Assembly: GCA_049513715.1 (NCBI GenBank)
Contig: JBEKVV010000003.1
Coordinates: forward strand, 128,001 to 192,000
From: Candidatus Bathyarchaeia archaeon
GTDB lineage: Archaea; Thermoproteota; Bathyarchaeia; 40CM-2-53-6
Length of the DNA stretch: 64,000 nucleotides
Direction: 5' to 3'
Part shown: positions 38,142 to 48,373 of the stretch, piece by piece
How the letters are laid out: every line of letters starts with the position of its first letter
Position numbering within the stretch: position 1 is the stretch's first letter
Made by a program: the position numbers and the translations under genes
The notes under the pieces: model-generated
The model's database searches: none
What the model was told of the DNA's origin: nothing
What the model saw: only the letters and a program-made list of their open reading frames with translations

Positions 38142-39554
38142 TTGCCTTACAAGAGTCTTGAGAGCTTCCTGACCAAGACTGACGATCCTTGTGTCAAGGA
38201 ATGGATATTGAGCCTTAGAGAGGGCTCAAAGACCTACGTGCCATACGTTCTGGATTTTGTCGAATGGGGCAAGGCTCACAAGCATTGGAAATCGCCCAGC
38301 GATGATTTGCTTCCCCGCTGGAAACGACTGCGAAAGAGCAAGAATGAGGATGCCCAGAACGACTTTCTTTCAATAATACATGACTACGTTAGTGACAAGA
38401 GTGACAGGCATGGCAAGTTAACTGGCAACGTTGACCGCCAGAACTGTTGGGCGGCAATCTGCAACTTCTTCAGACACAAACACAAGTACAAGAAAATCGG
38501 CAAGCAGCCACTGCCCGATCTAGACCCGGAAGATGAAGACCGGCTATTCAGGATAAGCGAAGGGGACAAACTGAGAGCGCAGTTCATTGGTTCTATGAAT
38601 GTGGACGAGGCAAACCTCATCATCGAAAACGCCCCAATGCCCTACCGAGCAGTCTTTGTGGTTATGCTTCAAGCCGGATTCGGTGGAGCTGAATTCCAGA
38701 TATTCAATGAAACCGCTTGGCGTGAGATCGTGAAAGACACTGCAAACCCGAAGGAATTCCCGAAGGAACTCCGTCCAGGTTCCCTCGCCAAGGTGCAGAT
38801 TCTACGCAGTAAGACAAGCCGAAGGCAAGCCCAGACGTACTACACCTATCTGACTGACGATGCGAAGAAATTGATCAGTGAGTGGCTTAGAATGCGCCCC
38901 GTCTGCGACCTACCTCACCTATTCATAATCAAGCAGAAAGGGAGAAGAAAGACTGGGACATACGCTCCAGTTACTACGCCACTTATCGAGAATACAATGA
39001 CGGCACTTGCCAAGAGGTTCAACATGTTGAGACCGCAGGAATTGCAGATTCACCGCTATCACATAACGCCGCACAAGCTCCGCAAAGTCTTCGAAGGACT
39101 CTGTCTGACTAGCGGCGTTGACGAGTGGGCGGTTGACTTCTTCCTCGGTCACAAACCCAGTCGCTACAATGAAGTGCCCTGGACAACTCCGAAAAAGATG
39201 GAAGAAGAGTATCAGAGAGCCGTACCTACGCTGAATATTCTCTCAAGTCCTAACAGGGCGAGAAGCAAACAGGATATGATGCGTGTTGCACAAACGGAAT
39301 TCAAGAAGCTGGTACTTTCTGAGAGGTTTCCGGGAAGAGAGATTACGCAAGATGATGTTGAGGGCAAGAGTATGGATGAGATTTTCAGGATGACTCGGGA
39401 GCACTCCCGGGGTCGTGAAAGGCATGCAGACAAGGTGAGAAAGCAGAAGGTCGTGTCTATGAAGGCACTTGCCAAGTGGGTTGACAGCGGCTGGGAGTTT
39501 GTGCAGAAAGTGTCCGATAAGCAGGTGATTATTCGGTCTCCGCCATCCGCTTAG
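38142..39554 (+). CDS. tyrosine recombinase/integrase
   Basis: RSKT, HKLRK (HxxR), FLGH and downstream Y; 60 bp from attL. Confidence 0.9.
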   Translation: MPYKSLESFLTKTDDPCVKEWILSLREGSKTYVPYVLDFVEWGKAHKHWKSPSDDLLPRWKRLRKSKNEDAQNDFLSIIHDYVSDKSDRHGKLTGNVDRQNCWAAICNFFRHKHKYKKIGKQPLPDLDPEDEDRLFRISEGDKLRAQFIGSMNVDEANLIIENAPMPYRAVFVVMLQAGFGGAEFQIFNETAWREIVKDTANPKEFPKELRPGSLAKVQILRSKTSRRQAQTYYTYLTDDAKKLISEWLRMRPVCDLPHLFIIKQKGRRKTGTYAPVTTPLIENTMTALAKRFNMLRPQELQIHRYHITPHKLRKVFEGLCLTSGVDEWAVDFFLGHKPSRYNEVPWTTPKKMEEEYQRAVPTLNILSSPNRARSKQDMMRVAQTEFKKLVLSERFPGREITQDDVEGKSMDEIFRMTREHSRGRERHADKVRKQKVVSMKALAKWVDSGWEFVQKVSDKQVIIRSPPSA

Positions 39555-39996
39555 CCTTTGCATCGAGCATCCTGCCGTAAGCATCGAGCATGACATCATA
39601 CTCCCATGTTGCAACCGTTTCACGCTTGTCTGACGAAATTGTATCCTTTAATTCGTTATCAATGGGAATCCAATCCCTAGCCCACTCTTGGAGCTTCTTG
39701 AGATTCGTTGTTTCCTCACGCACGACAGGTCGCACCTTTCGTTTCTGTCGCTTCTTTCTGAGAGGTTGCACACGAGTTCTGTGTTTGAGTTGTGATCTTG
39801 CAATTGCCTCTAACGCCTTCTTACGTAGAAGCTCACTGACCTTCTCTGAGGGCACTAATGCCAAGTCTCCCAGCCCAGCGATTTGCGCCGCCGTGTAGCC
39901 CGCCGTTTCAAAGAAGACAAGTCTGCCCGAACGCAACAGTTCGTTCGCTCTTTCCTTTCCGGTCTTGGAAACCTTGTCCTCTGACAATGCTAACAC
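39529..39996 (-). CDS. hypothetical protein
   Basis: 155-aa ORF convergent with the integrase; basic patch RKKRQKRK. Confidence 0.6.
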   Translation of the reverse strand: MLALSEDKVSKTGKERANELLRSGRLVFFETAGYTAAQIAGLGDLALVPSEKVSELLRKKALEAIARSQLKHRTRVQPLRKKRQKRKVRPVVREETTNLKKLQEWARDWIPIDNELKDTISSDKRETVATWEYDVMLDAYGRMLDAKAKRMAETE

Positions 39997-40168
39997 AACC
40001 GTTATTCGTTGTTGGTTTCTTATTTCTGTTGCAGGGCGGTAGTTCTAGCATATACTCACTCCAAGTCCGAAGGGATTTTCATGTTTGCATCAAGCAAATC
40101 CATTCTGAAACGACACATTTTGAGCCGTTTTGCTAATCCACAGACGACGGGTTTCCTCAAAACCGAAT

Positions 40169-40350
40169 CTAACCCTCTGAGTAAAGAGCATGCCAAGTAC
40201 GATGCTCTGCCATGTCAACCAACAGCCCACTGTAGGACTGGGCGGTTATAACTCGACCACATTTCGGGCAAGTCAGTCTGAAAAGCCGTTGACCTTTTCA
40301 TTTACAATGATGTCCGCTTCTGGCATGCCTTCTGCTTCGTGATTGGTCAT
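40169..40350 (-). pseudogene. small C2H2-like zinc-finger ORF, disrupted
   Basis: FRLTCPKCGRVITAQSYSGLLVDMAEHRTWH; upstream ATGs after GAGGAG are out of frame or cut off by a TGA. Confidence 0.4.
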
Positions 40351-40444
40351 CCATGCTCTCCTCGAAATTGCTGGTGATTCGCAAAACGCTTTACTTCGCA
40401 AAGGCTAAGGGATTCGTGCATTAACACTGTCCTGCCGATAATCC

Positions 40445-41608
40445 TTGGAAAGTCCGATACGTAAATTCAGCTATGGACGTGTGACCTTAAGGTACGGCGG
40501 TTCGCTTCCTCGACCGCAGATCATGTGGGACGGACTTGATTTGGTCAATGCGCTGCGGACACCCGTTCCTACCGATGAGCTAGTGCATGATGTGTGTGAA
40601 TTACTTTGTATTCTACTCAAGTCCGACAAGCACTATTGGCATGCCACATTGAACCGATTCTTCGAGGCATTCACACCCACCTGGAAGTCCCTAGTTAGAG
40701 AAGGCAAGATCAGTGACGCCGCTTCAATGTGGATTCACGTTTTGAGTTCTGTGCGGGCGTGGGAAAATCGCTCCGGTAATCTCATCCACAAAGGAACCCC
40801 CTATTACTTTCTCGGAGCGACATACCTTTACGGGTACGATTTCGATCGTGGTCTTCGATACATCTTTGACGCATTCGAGGAAGATAAAAGAGCAACTTCG
40901 GGCGATCCAACGTTGTACAAAGCGATGCCTGCATACAAGGTTGCATCGCTCATCGATCAACCTGACAACTATCTGTATCCAGAACTTGTCCTGCCTGCAC
41001 GAATTCGTATTGACGGATTTCTGAAAGAATATCGTTCTCGCTCAGGTTCCACCATGCAAATGGCAGATTTTGAGAGTAAGTTTCTGAGCAATTCAGTGTT
41101 CGAGATTCAAAAATTCTTCTTTGTATACTCATTGCTTGAAACAATCAAACATGAAGCGACGTGGGAACCCGGCTCCGTACGAAATGAATTCTCGGAAATG
41201 AGAAATCGAGATTTGCTATTCGATCTCTGCATAGTGGTTGACGAAATCCTGAGGGTCAGATTCCCCCCTGCAACATTCATTTCTGCAGGAGTCTTCAACT
41301 TGTGCAGGAGCAAAGGCTGGGTCACTTTGGATAGTAATTCTACTCAGCTCAATCAGAATTTGAACCCGAAGGTGGCTGAATTTCCTCCTACTCCGACACC
41401 AAGGCCAGATGTGGTTGTACCAACACTACTCGACAGGACAATGACCTATCGTGGAGCGCATCTTTCGCAGGAAATGTCGTGGATGCTACTTGCATGGCAC
41501 CTAAGGAACTATGCAGCACACGATCTCAGCCCTCAAGGTGTACTCGTTAAGAGGCATAATGAAATAACTCAAGCGCTGATGAATGCTCTGTTTACAGCAA
41601 TAGAGTGA
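40445..41608 (+). CDS. hypothetical protein with C-terminal HEPN-like RxxxxH motif
   Basis: LRNYAAH near the C-terminus; TPR-like YYFLGATY segment. Confidence 0.75.
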   Translation: MESPIRKFSYGRVTLRYGGSLPRPQIMWDGLDLVNALRTPVPTDELVHDVCELLCILLKSDKHYWHATLNRFFEAFTPTWKSLVREGKISDAASMWIHVLSSVRAWENRSGNLIHKGTPYYFLGATYLYGYDFDRGLRYIFDAFEEDKRATSGDPTLYKAMPAYKVASLIDQPDNYLYPELVLPARIRIDGFLKEYRSRSGSTMQMADFESKFLSNSVFEIQKFFFVYSLLETIKHEATWEPGSVRNEFSEMRNRDLLFDLCIVVDEILRVRFPPATFISAGVFNLCRSKGWVTLDSNSTQLNQNLNPKVAEFPPTPTPRPDVVVPTLLDRTMTYRGAHLSQEMSWMLLAWHLRNYAAHDLSPQGVLVKRHNEITQALMNALFTAIE

Positions 41609-41649
41609 ATTTCTCTTGGTAGAATAGCTTTGACGGAGGGTATCTCCTC

Positions 41650-42393
41650 TTGTCGCTGATGATACGCCGTCTAGTTTTTGGTATCCTTGTGGCACTAATC
41701 CTTTTATTTTTTGCTTGGTTGACCTATGCATTTTTGGCTGTAATTCAGACTAGCGCTGACCGCATTAACTTGGGAGTTTTTCTTGCCACTGCAGGCGCCT
41801 TGATTGCTTCCGTAGCGTTCAGTTTCTGGGACTCGTATCTGGAAAGACCAGAATTGAAAATCCTCTTCGACTCAGACGCTGATCATTATACACCTCAACT
41901 TACAATTTTCTCTCAAGAACAATCGACCGACGGCAAGATTACAATTAGTCAACAGGAAAACCGATTTCTGAGAGTGAGGATTCATAATGCTGGCTCTCGA
42001 ACTGCAAAGAGATGCTTCGGACAGCTTGAGCTGATTGAAAGATCAGAAGGAACTCACACTTTATCCAAAGTTGAGAAAACTCTCTATTGGGCTGAAGTCC
42101 CACAGTTTCCAAGCATTCCTCCGAAAGCGAAATTTCCGCTCAATGTTGCTTACTCACGAAAAGGACTAGTTATCCCATTTGAGGGCGGTTGCGATAAGAA
42201 TGTCAGAGCGTGGATTTTCACTAAGGAAGCATTCATGAACCCGAAAATTAGGATGCAGGACGCCATGTGCCTCGGTGAGTACAAAGTGAAAATAACAATC
42301 TTTTCGGACAACACGAAGCCGAAAGAGGAAAGGTTCGTTATACACGTACCCGAAAAATGGGATGCCCTGTCAATGACTCACGTAGATTGTTAG
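41650..42393 (+). CDS. hypothetical protein, two N-terminal TM helices plus beta-rich domain
   Basis: Hydrophobic N-terminus; RVRIHNAGSRTAKRC. Confidence 0.75.
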   Translation: MSLMIRRLVFGILVALILLFFAWLTYAFLAVIQTSADRINLGVFLATAGALIASVAFSFWDSYLERPELKILFDSDADHYTPQLTIFSQEQSTDGKITISQQENRFLRVRIHNAGSRTAKRCFGQLELIERSEGTHTLSKVEKTLYWAEVPQFPSIPPKAKFPLNVAYSRKGLVIPFEGGCDKNVRAWIFTKEAFMNPKIRMQDAMCLGEYKVKITIFSDNTKPKEERFVIHVPEKWDALSMTHVDC

Positions 42394-42634
42394 TGTGAAG
42401 ATGTGAAAATCTCTTCTCTGCGACTGGAAAAACGAGAGCCGCAAGGTGCATTGAAAAGTGGAAATCGAAGAGCAGCAAGAAAGCGAATACGAGGCATCAA
42501 GGCGATATTTTGAAGCATAAACCGGTGTGGTTTTCGATTTGCGTTATGGCAGGGTTCATATTCTCTTTCGTTTGGCAGGCTTATGTGACAACAGATGCGA
42601 TAGTTAGACCATTGTGTCTACTGGGCGGGGTACA

Positions 42635-42784
42635 ATGAGTTATTCGGACGAGGTCGTAAACGACGTGTACGACAAGAACGGTGGGTATTGCTCTTACTGC
42701 CGCAGGAAAATTCATTTCCGAAATTACGGTGGAGGCGATGCTGTTGGTGGCTTCCCCACTACTTTACGACCGGTCGATCTTTAG
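42635..42784 (+). pseudogene. truncated HNH endonuclease N-terminus
   Basis: MSYSDEVVNDVYDKNGGYCSYCRRKIHFRNYG, then no DH/N/CxxC core; stops after 49 aa. Confidence 0.55.
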
Positions 42785-42893
42785 GGTCTATACGATTCTT
42801 CGCTGGGTCGCTCATTTGTTGCGCTGAGTCTCCTCAGCATTCTCATGGAATACGTCGTTCGTGGCACAATCAGGCTGGTGTCGGGATAGGCTA

Positions 42894-45800
42894 TCAGGAC
42901 TTCCAATGTTCACGTATGTATTCCGCAGCTTCTTGCACGTTCAGTGGTTTGCATGTATTTCCCACTCTGATGTAGAATTCAGGTGTTTTTTGTTCGTTCC
43001 GACAGTAAACAGCGTGACCGCTGGGATCGACCTTTATTCCCAGAACGGTTTTTCCATTCAGTTCAGCCCATGACAGGTGAATGTTCATGCTGTCTTGAGC
43101 ATTCATCGGGCGCTGATTTCCAAATAAGCTCATGAGTTTCTGTTCGTATCCGTCCTTGTCAGGTCTCTTAGATAGACAAGGAAAGTCTTTCTCTAAACCG
43201 AGGATTTCACCGTTATCTGCGACTCCAATTATCAAGGTGCCTCCTCTGGAGTTCATAAATGCACTGAGGTCTTTTGCCACGGCAAACTCAAGTGATTGAT
43301 TGACCTTGTTGAGTTTGTAATCCCACATTAGCGAAGATTTGAATTCTGTAGATTCCCCTTCGCCTCTCTTGATTACGTCCTCAATTCGTGCCTCACGTGG
43401 TGTTCGCAGTATTGTTTGGGTTGTCCGGCGAACGATGACTCTGTCTCTTAGGCTTCTCATTGTTGGAATTAGTGCTTCGAATGAGCCGCTACCTTGCTCG
43501 TAAACCTTGTCGGTAATCATGAGGTACTCCCATTTGAGGGGTTGCTTGACTCCTTGGGGTAGTTCAAGGTTGTTTGCGCTCTTCGCCCATGTGTAAGCTG
43601 CTAGGGCTTTCGTGCCTACGTTTTCATTGTCGAGGTCTTTCTCTGCTTTCGTTTCGATAAGGTACATCGCTTCTTTCGTCTTCACGAGGAAGTCGATCTC
43701 GTAGTTCCTTAGTATGCTGAATTCGTCTCGATAGGGAATTTTGAGTGCATGCTTCTTGTCGAGCTTGGCATAGGCGATTACGTCAACCGAATTCTCTAGT
43801 GTGCGTGTCATGAAGTTTCTCTCGAAGCCTCCGCCTTTCGCTGCCACAGCCTGTTTCGGGTAGATGCATTTCCATGTGTCTACTGCTGTTTTCTCTCTAA
43901 TGTGAATTTGTGCGACCGAAGAGAGTGGTTGCCATTGACCGGTCTTTGTGTAGCGTATTTGTCCCATCAATTTGATTAGTCGATTCCGGACTTCCTTCAC
44001 AATGTGATCGAACACCAATGGATCGTTAAGCACCGGGTAGTTTTCTGCGAGGCTGAAATCAATGTCTTTACCAAACAGTTGGTAGGAAACGTATCTGTCT
44101 AAGACTTCAGTGATTTCGGCTAAATGCCCGGTCAGCAGTGCCGATTTTCCTTCCTGCGCAATAGTCTTAGTTGCGTTTGCCAAGAAATAATTGTAGTCAA
44201 AATACCGATTTTCCAGCTTCCACGTTTTCACATGTTTGCCTGTATCCATCTGCGTCTCCGTAACGAACAGCTTGCTTCTTGAACTACGGAAGGTCTCGAA
44301 GTCATCCAATAAGGGGAAGGGGGGAAGTGTCTCAATCCCGATCTCCTCAATGTCAGGGAACTTCCCCTGTTCAAATATCTGAATTGGCCAGTACAAGTCA
44401 AGTTCAGGAATTCTTGACGGAATCGCATCAACGGCGATTACAGAACCTGTTACTGACCCCGTAGTTCCGGTGCCGATGATATATCCCTGCTCTTTCAGAC
44501 GTTCGTAGAAGGCTCGGAACCTCGGATGTTCAACAATGAAGAGAAAATCGTATGATGAATTCGGTTGCCTGTTACCCTTTATTGCCTCTAGCGCTTCGAC
44601 CTTCTCCTGCCAAATTGCTTCATTCTCATATTTCGGAAACATGAGCCGTAGCCCTCTGCCAACGATTTGCTCCAGTAGCAGGTCAGCTTCTGCAGCACGC
44701 AGAACAACTATGACGCAGATGTTCTTCCTGTCGAAACCCTCTCGAAGCATGAGGACGGATACAACTACGTTTAGAGAGTCGTTGTTGTAGTCTATTTTAT
44801 TGAGCCTTAGACGTGCCTCCTCCAGCTCCTTGTCGCCAAGCCCTGTATGAATTCTCATAACCTTTGTTTGATCATAGGGTTTGTTTTCTGGAGTAAAGAG
44901 GGTCTCCATGTGACGTGCAACAAGGTTAGCTACCTCCGTTTCTTCGCAGAGGATTAGCATCACGGGTTTCTTCTCAATTTGTTTCTCATGGAACTCGGTC
45001 GCTATCTGTTCAAGCTTTGTTTTCCCAATCAGGAGTAGAGTCTTTTGACCTGGCGAGAGACCTATCAACTCCCCAACTCTCTTACCTGATTCGGGCGGTT
45101 TACGTGCCGCCTTCCATTCTTGCCCAGACAACATGCGTAGTTCGATTGTTTCGCCGCCAATCGGTTGTTTTTCCACGAGAAAGAGCTGTTTAACCAGCAT
45201 CTGGCGGCTCGCCAATTTCAGATCGTAGTCGTAAACTATGTGCGAGAAGTAGCGTTTCTGCGTGCCTGACCCGAAAAATGGCGTGGCGGAGTAGTCGATT
45301 TGCATGAATAGCTTGCGTTTCACACCGTATCGTTCTATCATTCGTTTATTGAGTAAAGTGATAAATCTGCGCCAAACAAGCTCTATGTCCCCTTTCCCCG
45401 TTACGGATGCCGAGTGGACATGATGCGCCTCATCGTTCATTATGACAATATCAGGGTGTTCTGTTAAGAAGTCGAGAAGAAATTCTCCCCTTGGTTGTTC
45501 TTCAATCTCTTCCCCCGTGATTTGTTCCCAAAGAGACTCCTTGTCTGTCTTCAGTTGAAACTGCTGCCAGTTCGTAATGAAAACAAAGGCACCGTCCGGA
45601 GATAATCGGTTGGCTCTCACGTCAATTGGTTCGAGTAGCTCGAAATTGAAGTCTGTTCTCCATTCGGGTGGTACAAACAGCCCTCGGTTGACATCCGCCT
45701 TCTGTATGTCTCGCAGACCACTAGTCGGATCAACCGAACCCTCGAAAGCATCGAAAATGCGATTCAGAACCTCATGTCCAGGAGTAACGATCATGAAACG

Positions 45801-46271
45801 GTTCGAGTACCAGTCTTCTGAAGTCCCACTCGCTGCCGGGGGTTTCTCGTTTCTTAGCACGTTGAAGTATTGCCAAACGACTAGTGCGATGAGCACCCAT
45901 GTCTTTCCAGTTCCAGTTGCCATCTTGAGACAGTCTTTGATGAATGGCGAGGCTTCAACTTCGTCCGAGAATGCTTTGCTCCAGTTCAGCGCATCTGGCG
46001 CCACCCGTTGATACAGCTCTTTCAACGTGCGAGCCTGAAGTATCTCATGACAGTAAATAATAGTCTCAATAGCACGACGTTGGCAAGCAAAGAATTTCTC
46101 AGACGCTTCTTCTGGTCTGTCAAACCAATAGTGAAGCAAGTTGTATGTTGTCTGTGTCACTCCATGCCATCCTTCGTCACTCCAAGCCTTCACTTCTCCG
46201 CTTTCACCGTCTTCTCCGTTAAGGCGAGCCGCCAACAGAAGCTGCTCGAAAAGGAGTACCTCCCGAGGCAT
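42894..46271 (-). CDS. res: type III restriction enzyme Res subunit with C-terminal Schlafen/AlbA_2 domain
   Basis: KMATGTGKT, DEAHH, SATP, LREGFD, IDFLV...IETK, then EGESTEFKSS...AFMNSRGGTLIIGV...FYIRVG; ATG 46271 after GAGGTGA. Confidence 0.9.
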   Translation of the reverse strand: MPREVLLFEQLLLAARLNGEDGESGEVKAWSDEGWHGVTQTTYNLLHYWFDRPEEASEKFFACQRRAIETIIYCHEILQARTLKELYQRVAPDALNWSKAFSDEVEASPFIKDCLKMATGTGKTWVLIALVVWQYFNVLRNEKPPAASGTSEDWYSNRFMIVTPGHEVLNRIFDAFEGSVDPTSGLRDIQKADVNRGLFVPPEWRTDFNFELLEPIDVRANRLSPDGAFVFITNWQQFQLKTDKESLWEQITGEEIEEQPRGEFLLDFLTEHPDIVIMNDEAHHVHSASVTGKGDIELVWRRFITLLNKRMIERYGVKRKLFMQIDYSATPFFGSGTQKRYFSHIVYDYDLKLASRQMLVKQLFLVEKQPIGGETIELRMLSGQEWKAARKPPESGKRVGELIGLSPGQKTLLLIGKTKLEQIATEFHEKQIEKKPVMLILCEETEVANLVARHMETLFTPENKPYDQTKVMRIHTGLGDKELEEARLRLNKIDYNNDSLNVVVSVLMLREGFDRKNICVIVVLRAAEADLLLEQIVGRGLRLMFPKYENEAIWQEKVEALEAIKGNRQPNSSYDFLFIVEHPRFRAFYERLKEQGYIIGTGTTGSVTGSVIAVDAIPSRIPELDLYWPIQIFEQGKFPDIEEIGIETLPPFPLLDDFETFRSSRSKLFVTETQMDTGKHVKTWKLENRYFDYNYFLANATKTIAQEGKSALLTGHLAEITEVLDRYVSYQLFGKDIDFSLAENYPVLNDPLVFDHIVKEVRNRLIKLMGQIRYTKTGQWQPLSSVAQIHIREKTAVDTWKCIYPKQAVAAKGGGFERNFMTRTLENSVDVIAYAKLDKKHALKIPYRDEFSILRNYEIDFLVKTKEAMYLIETKAEKDLDNENVGTKALAAYTWAKSANNLELPQGVKQPLKWEYLMITDKVYEQGSGSFEALIPTMRSLRDRVIVRRTTQTILRTPREARIEDVIKRGEGESTEFKSSLMWDYKLNKVNQSLEFAVAKDLSAFMNSRGGTLIIGVADNGEILGLEKDFPCLSKRPDKDGYEQKLMSLFGNQRPMNAQDSMNIHLSWAELNGKTVLGIKVDPSGHAVYCRNEQKTPEFYIRVGNTCKPLNVQEAAEYIREHWKS

Positions 46272-46276
46272 ATTAT

Positions 46277-48373
46277 TCACCTCAAGTCGGCTGAGCATGT
46301 CGCTGTGGCATCATTTCCGAAAATGTCAACAGCACGTATCGCAATTGTATATTTCTTGCCCGTGGATAAGTTATGCGCCGTACTTAGAGGGACTTCCTTG
46401 ATTGCCTTTCCAAACCCCCTGAATGCTTGCCAAGATGACTTGAACGTGAAGCCGTCATAATCCCAATCGATCGCCCAATAGTCCAAGAGAGCTGCGAAGT
46501 TCTTCTTCACAACTTCTTGAACTTCCTCTCTAGACTTCTCATCTTCGACTGGTAAATCGTATAGAATGTATCTTTCAATTCCGACGCTTACGGTTGCTTG
46601 TCCTTTCGAACGTTCTACTTTCGGTTTGGATAACTTTAGAAACGGCTTATCGTGGAAGGTCACTTTACCTGCTAAAGAGTCGATATCTTCTGTGCTACTA
46701 TGCGTTTTCAAATACTCGTAAACTTCTGGTGGTATTGTTCGGTTAGAAATCTCAACTCTCATCTTCCGCAGGATTGGGCGTAGGACGGTCGCAAGGATTT
46801 CCTCATAATTATATTCATAGTCCCAGCCTAGAATTACTAGGCGCTGATAACCTGTTCCGTCTAGGGTCTCCGCCAAGTGAGCAAGTTCCTCGGTCTTCTT
46901 TGCCGTTACCGCTCTGTCTGGGTATCCGACATAAACGAGTTCATTGACGCCATCATCAGCTTTCTTCGTTCCAAGTTCCGGAAAATCCTTACGAGGCATC
47001 GCGCCGTAGAGTTTCAATACAATATGCTGCATTTCAAAGATTCTGCCGCCCGAGAGATAGATCATGTGTCTTTGATAGTTGCCTATGTTCTCAAGCAGGA
47101 ACGGACGGGAGTCCAAAGTGACTAGTCTATTTCTTGAGATTTGAATTGCGGTCTTGGAGAAATCGCATCCGATCCATCGGCGTCCGAGTCGTTCTGCCAC
47201 TGCAGTGGTCGTTCCCGATCCAAGGAAGAAGTCCGCTACCAAGTCCCCGGGGTTTGAGGACGTGCTGATTATTCGTTCAAGCAACTTCTCGGGTTTCTGC
47301 GTATCAAAATCCAGTCTCTCAATGGCCATTGGGTTGACAATGGGTATGTCCGTCCAGATGTTTTGAATCATTTGCCCCTCATATTTATCCAGGTAAATCT
47401 TCCGATAGATGCGTCCACTGTTGGCTTGTGGCATCACTAGTTCATTGTTCTTGAACATCTCTTCCATTCTTTCTTTGGAGTACAACCATCCTTTGGGCGG
47501 AGGATGAACGCCATGGAATTCATAAATCAGATTACGCCTAAGCAGCGGGTTCACTAAGGGAGATTTTCTATATTTGCCTCTGCCATCTCCATCGTCGAAC
47601 ACGAATCTCTCCGCAATGTATTGCTGAGTATTCGGATCATCTTTTGAGTACAGAGGATTGAATACACGCTGATCTGACTTTGAATACAGAAATATCGCAT
47701 CGTTCGTTATGCCGAACCGATCGGTTTCCCAAGCTTGTGTTCCCTTTCGTTGCCAAACAATTTCATTGACGAAATTATCTCTCCCAAAAATCTCATCCAT
47801 GATAATTTTGACGTAATGCCCGACATGCCAATCAATGTGCAGATAGATGGAACCGTGCTGCGACAGAAGTTTCTTCATCAAATGCAATCTGGGATAAAGC
47901 ATGTCCAGATAAGAATCAATTCCACCCTCCCAGTAGTCCTTGTAAGCGAGCCGCTCGATGACCGATGGGGACATGGTCACTTCCTCGCCGTTCATTTTCA
48001 CAGTGTAGTAGTAGTTTTCTCCAGTCCAGAACGGCGGGTCGATGTAGATTAGGTCAATTTTCCCTTCATATCCTGATGCCAGCAACGCTTGCATGGTGAG
48101 CAAGTTGTCCCCCCAAATGAGCCTATTCATTTTCGTACGATTAATCTCAACCTTAGATATGTTAGCGAAAAAAGTCGAAATTCTTTGTTGGTCTCTGTTC
48201 GGGTTTGGCAGAACTATTTCGGCAGTCTGGAATTCTATGTCTTTAGGGTTAGGTGCCCGCTTAGGCTTGGTGTCCCAGACCAATCTTGCTGAATCTTTTT
48301 TTCTCTTCTCCGGGAGCTGTTCTAGGTTTATGCTGGCTGCCGTCAAATCACGTCCGCTTTCTTGAGTTTTCAT
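46277..48373 (-). CDS. mod: type III R-M DNA methyltransferase (Mod)
   Basis: IYIDPPF, TQKPEKLL, DFFLGSGTT (beta-class motif order); directly upstream of res. Confidence 0.93.
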   Translation of the reverse strand: MKTQESGRDLTAASINLEQLPEKRKKDSARLVWDTKPKRAPNPKDIEFQTAEIVLPNPNRDQQRISTFFANISKVEINRTKMNRLIWGDNLLTMQALLASGYEGKIDLIYIDPPFWTGENYYYTVKMNGEEVTMSPSVIERLAYKDYWEGGIDSYLDMLYPRLHLMKKLLSQHGSIYLHIDWHVGHYVKIIMDEIFGRDNFVNEIVWQRKGTQAWETDRFGITNDAIFLYSKSDQRVFNPLYSKDDPNTQQYIAERFVFDDGDGRGKYRKSPLVNPLLRRNLIYEFHGVHPPPKGWLYSKERMEEMFKNNELVMPQANSGRIYRKIYLDKYEGQMIQNIWTDIPIVNPMAIERLDFDTQKPEKLLERIISTSSNPGDLVADFFLGSGTTTAVAERLGRRWIGCDFSKTAIQISRNRLVTLDSRPFLLENIGNYQRHMIYLSGGRIFEMQHIVLKLYGAMPRKDFPELGTKKADDGVNELVYVGYPDRAVTAKKTEELAHLAETLDGTGYQRLVILGWDYEYNYEEILATVLRPILRKMRVEISNRTIPPEVYEYLKTHSSTEDIDSLAGKVTFHDKPFLKLSKPKVERSKGQATVSVGIERYILYDLPVEDEKSREEVQEVVKKNFAALLDYWAIDWDYDGFTFKSSWQAFRGFGKAIKEVPLSTAHNLSTGKKYTIAIRAVDIFGNDATATCSADLR

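Noticed and set aside
40290..40354. Selenocysteine or readthrough at the in-frame TGA before the C2H2-like ORF
   Set aside because: No SECIS-like element seen; a frameshift in the short T run explains it more simply
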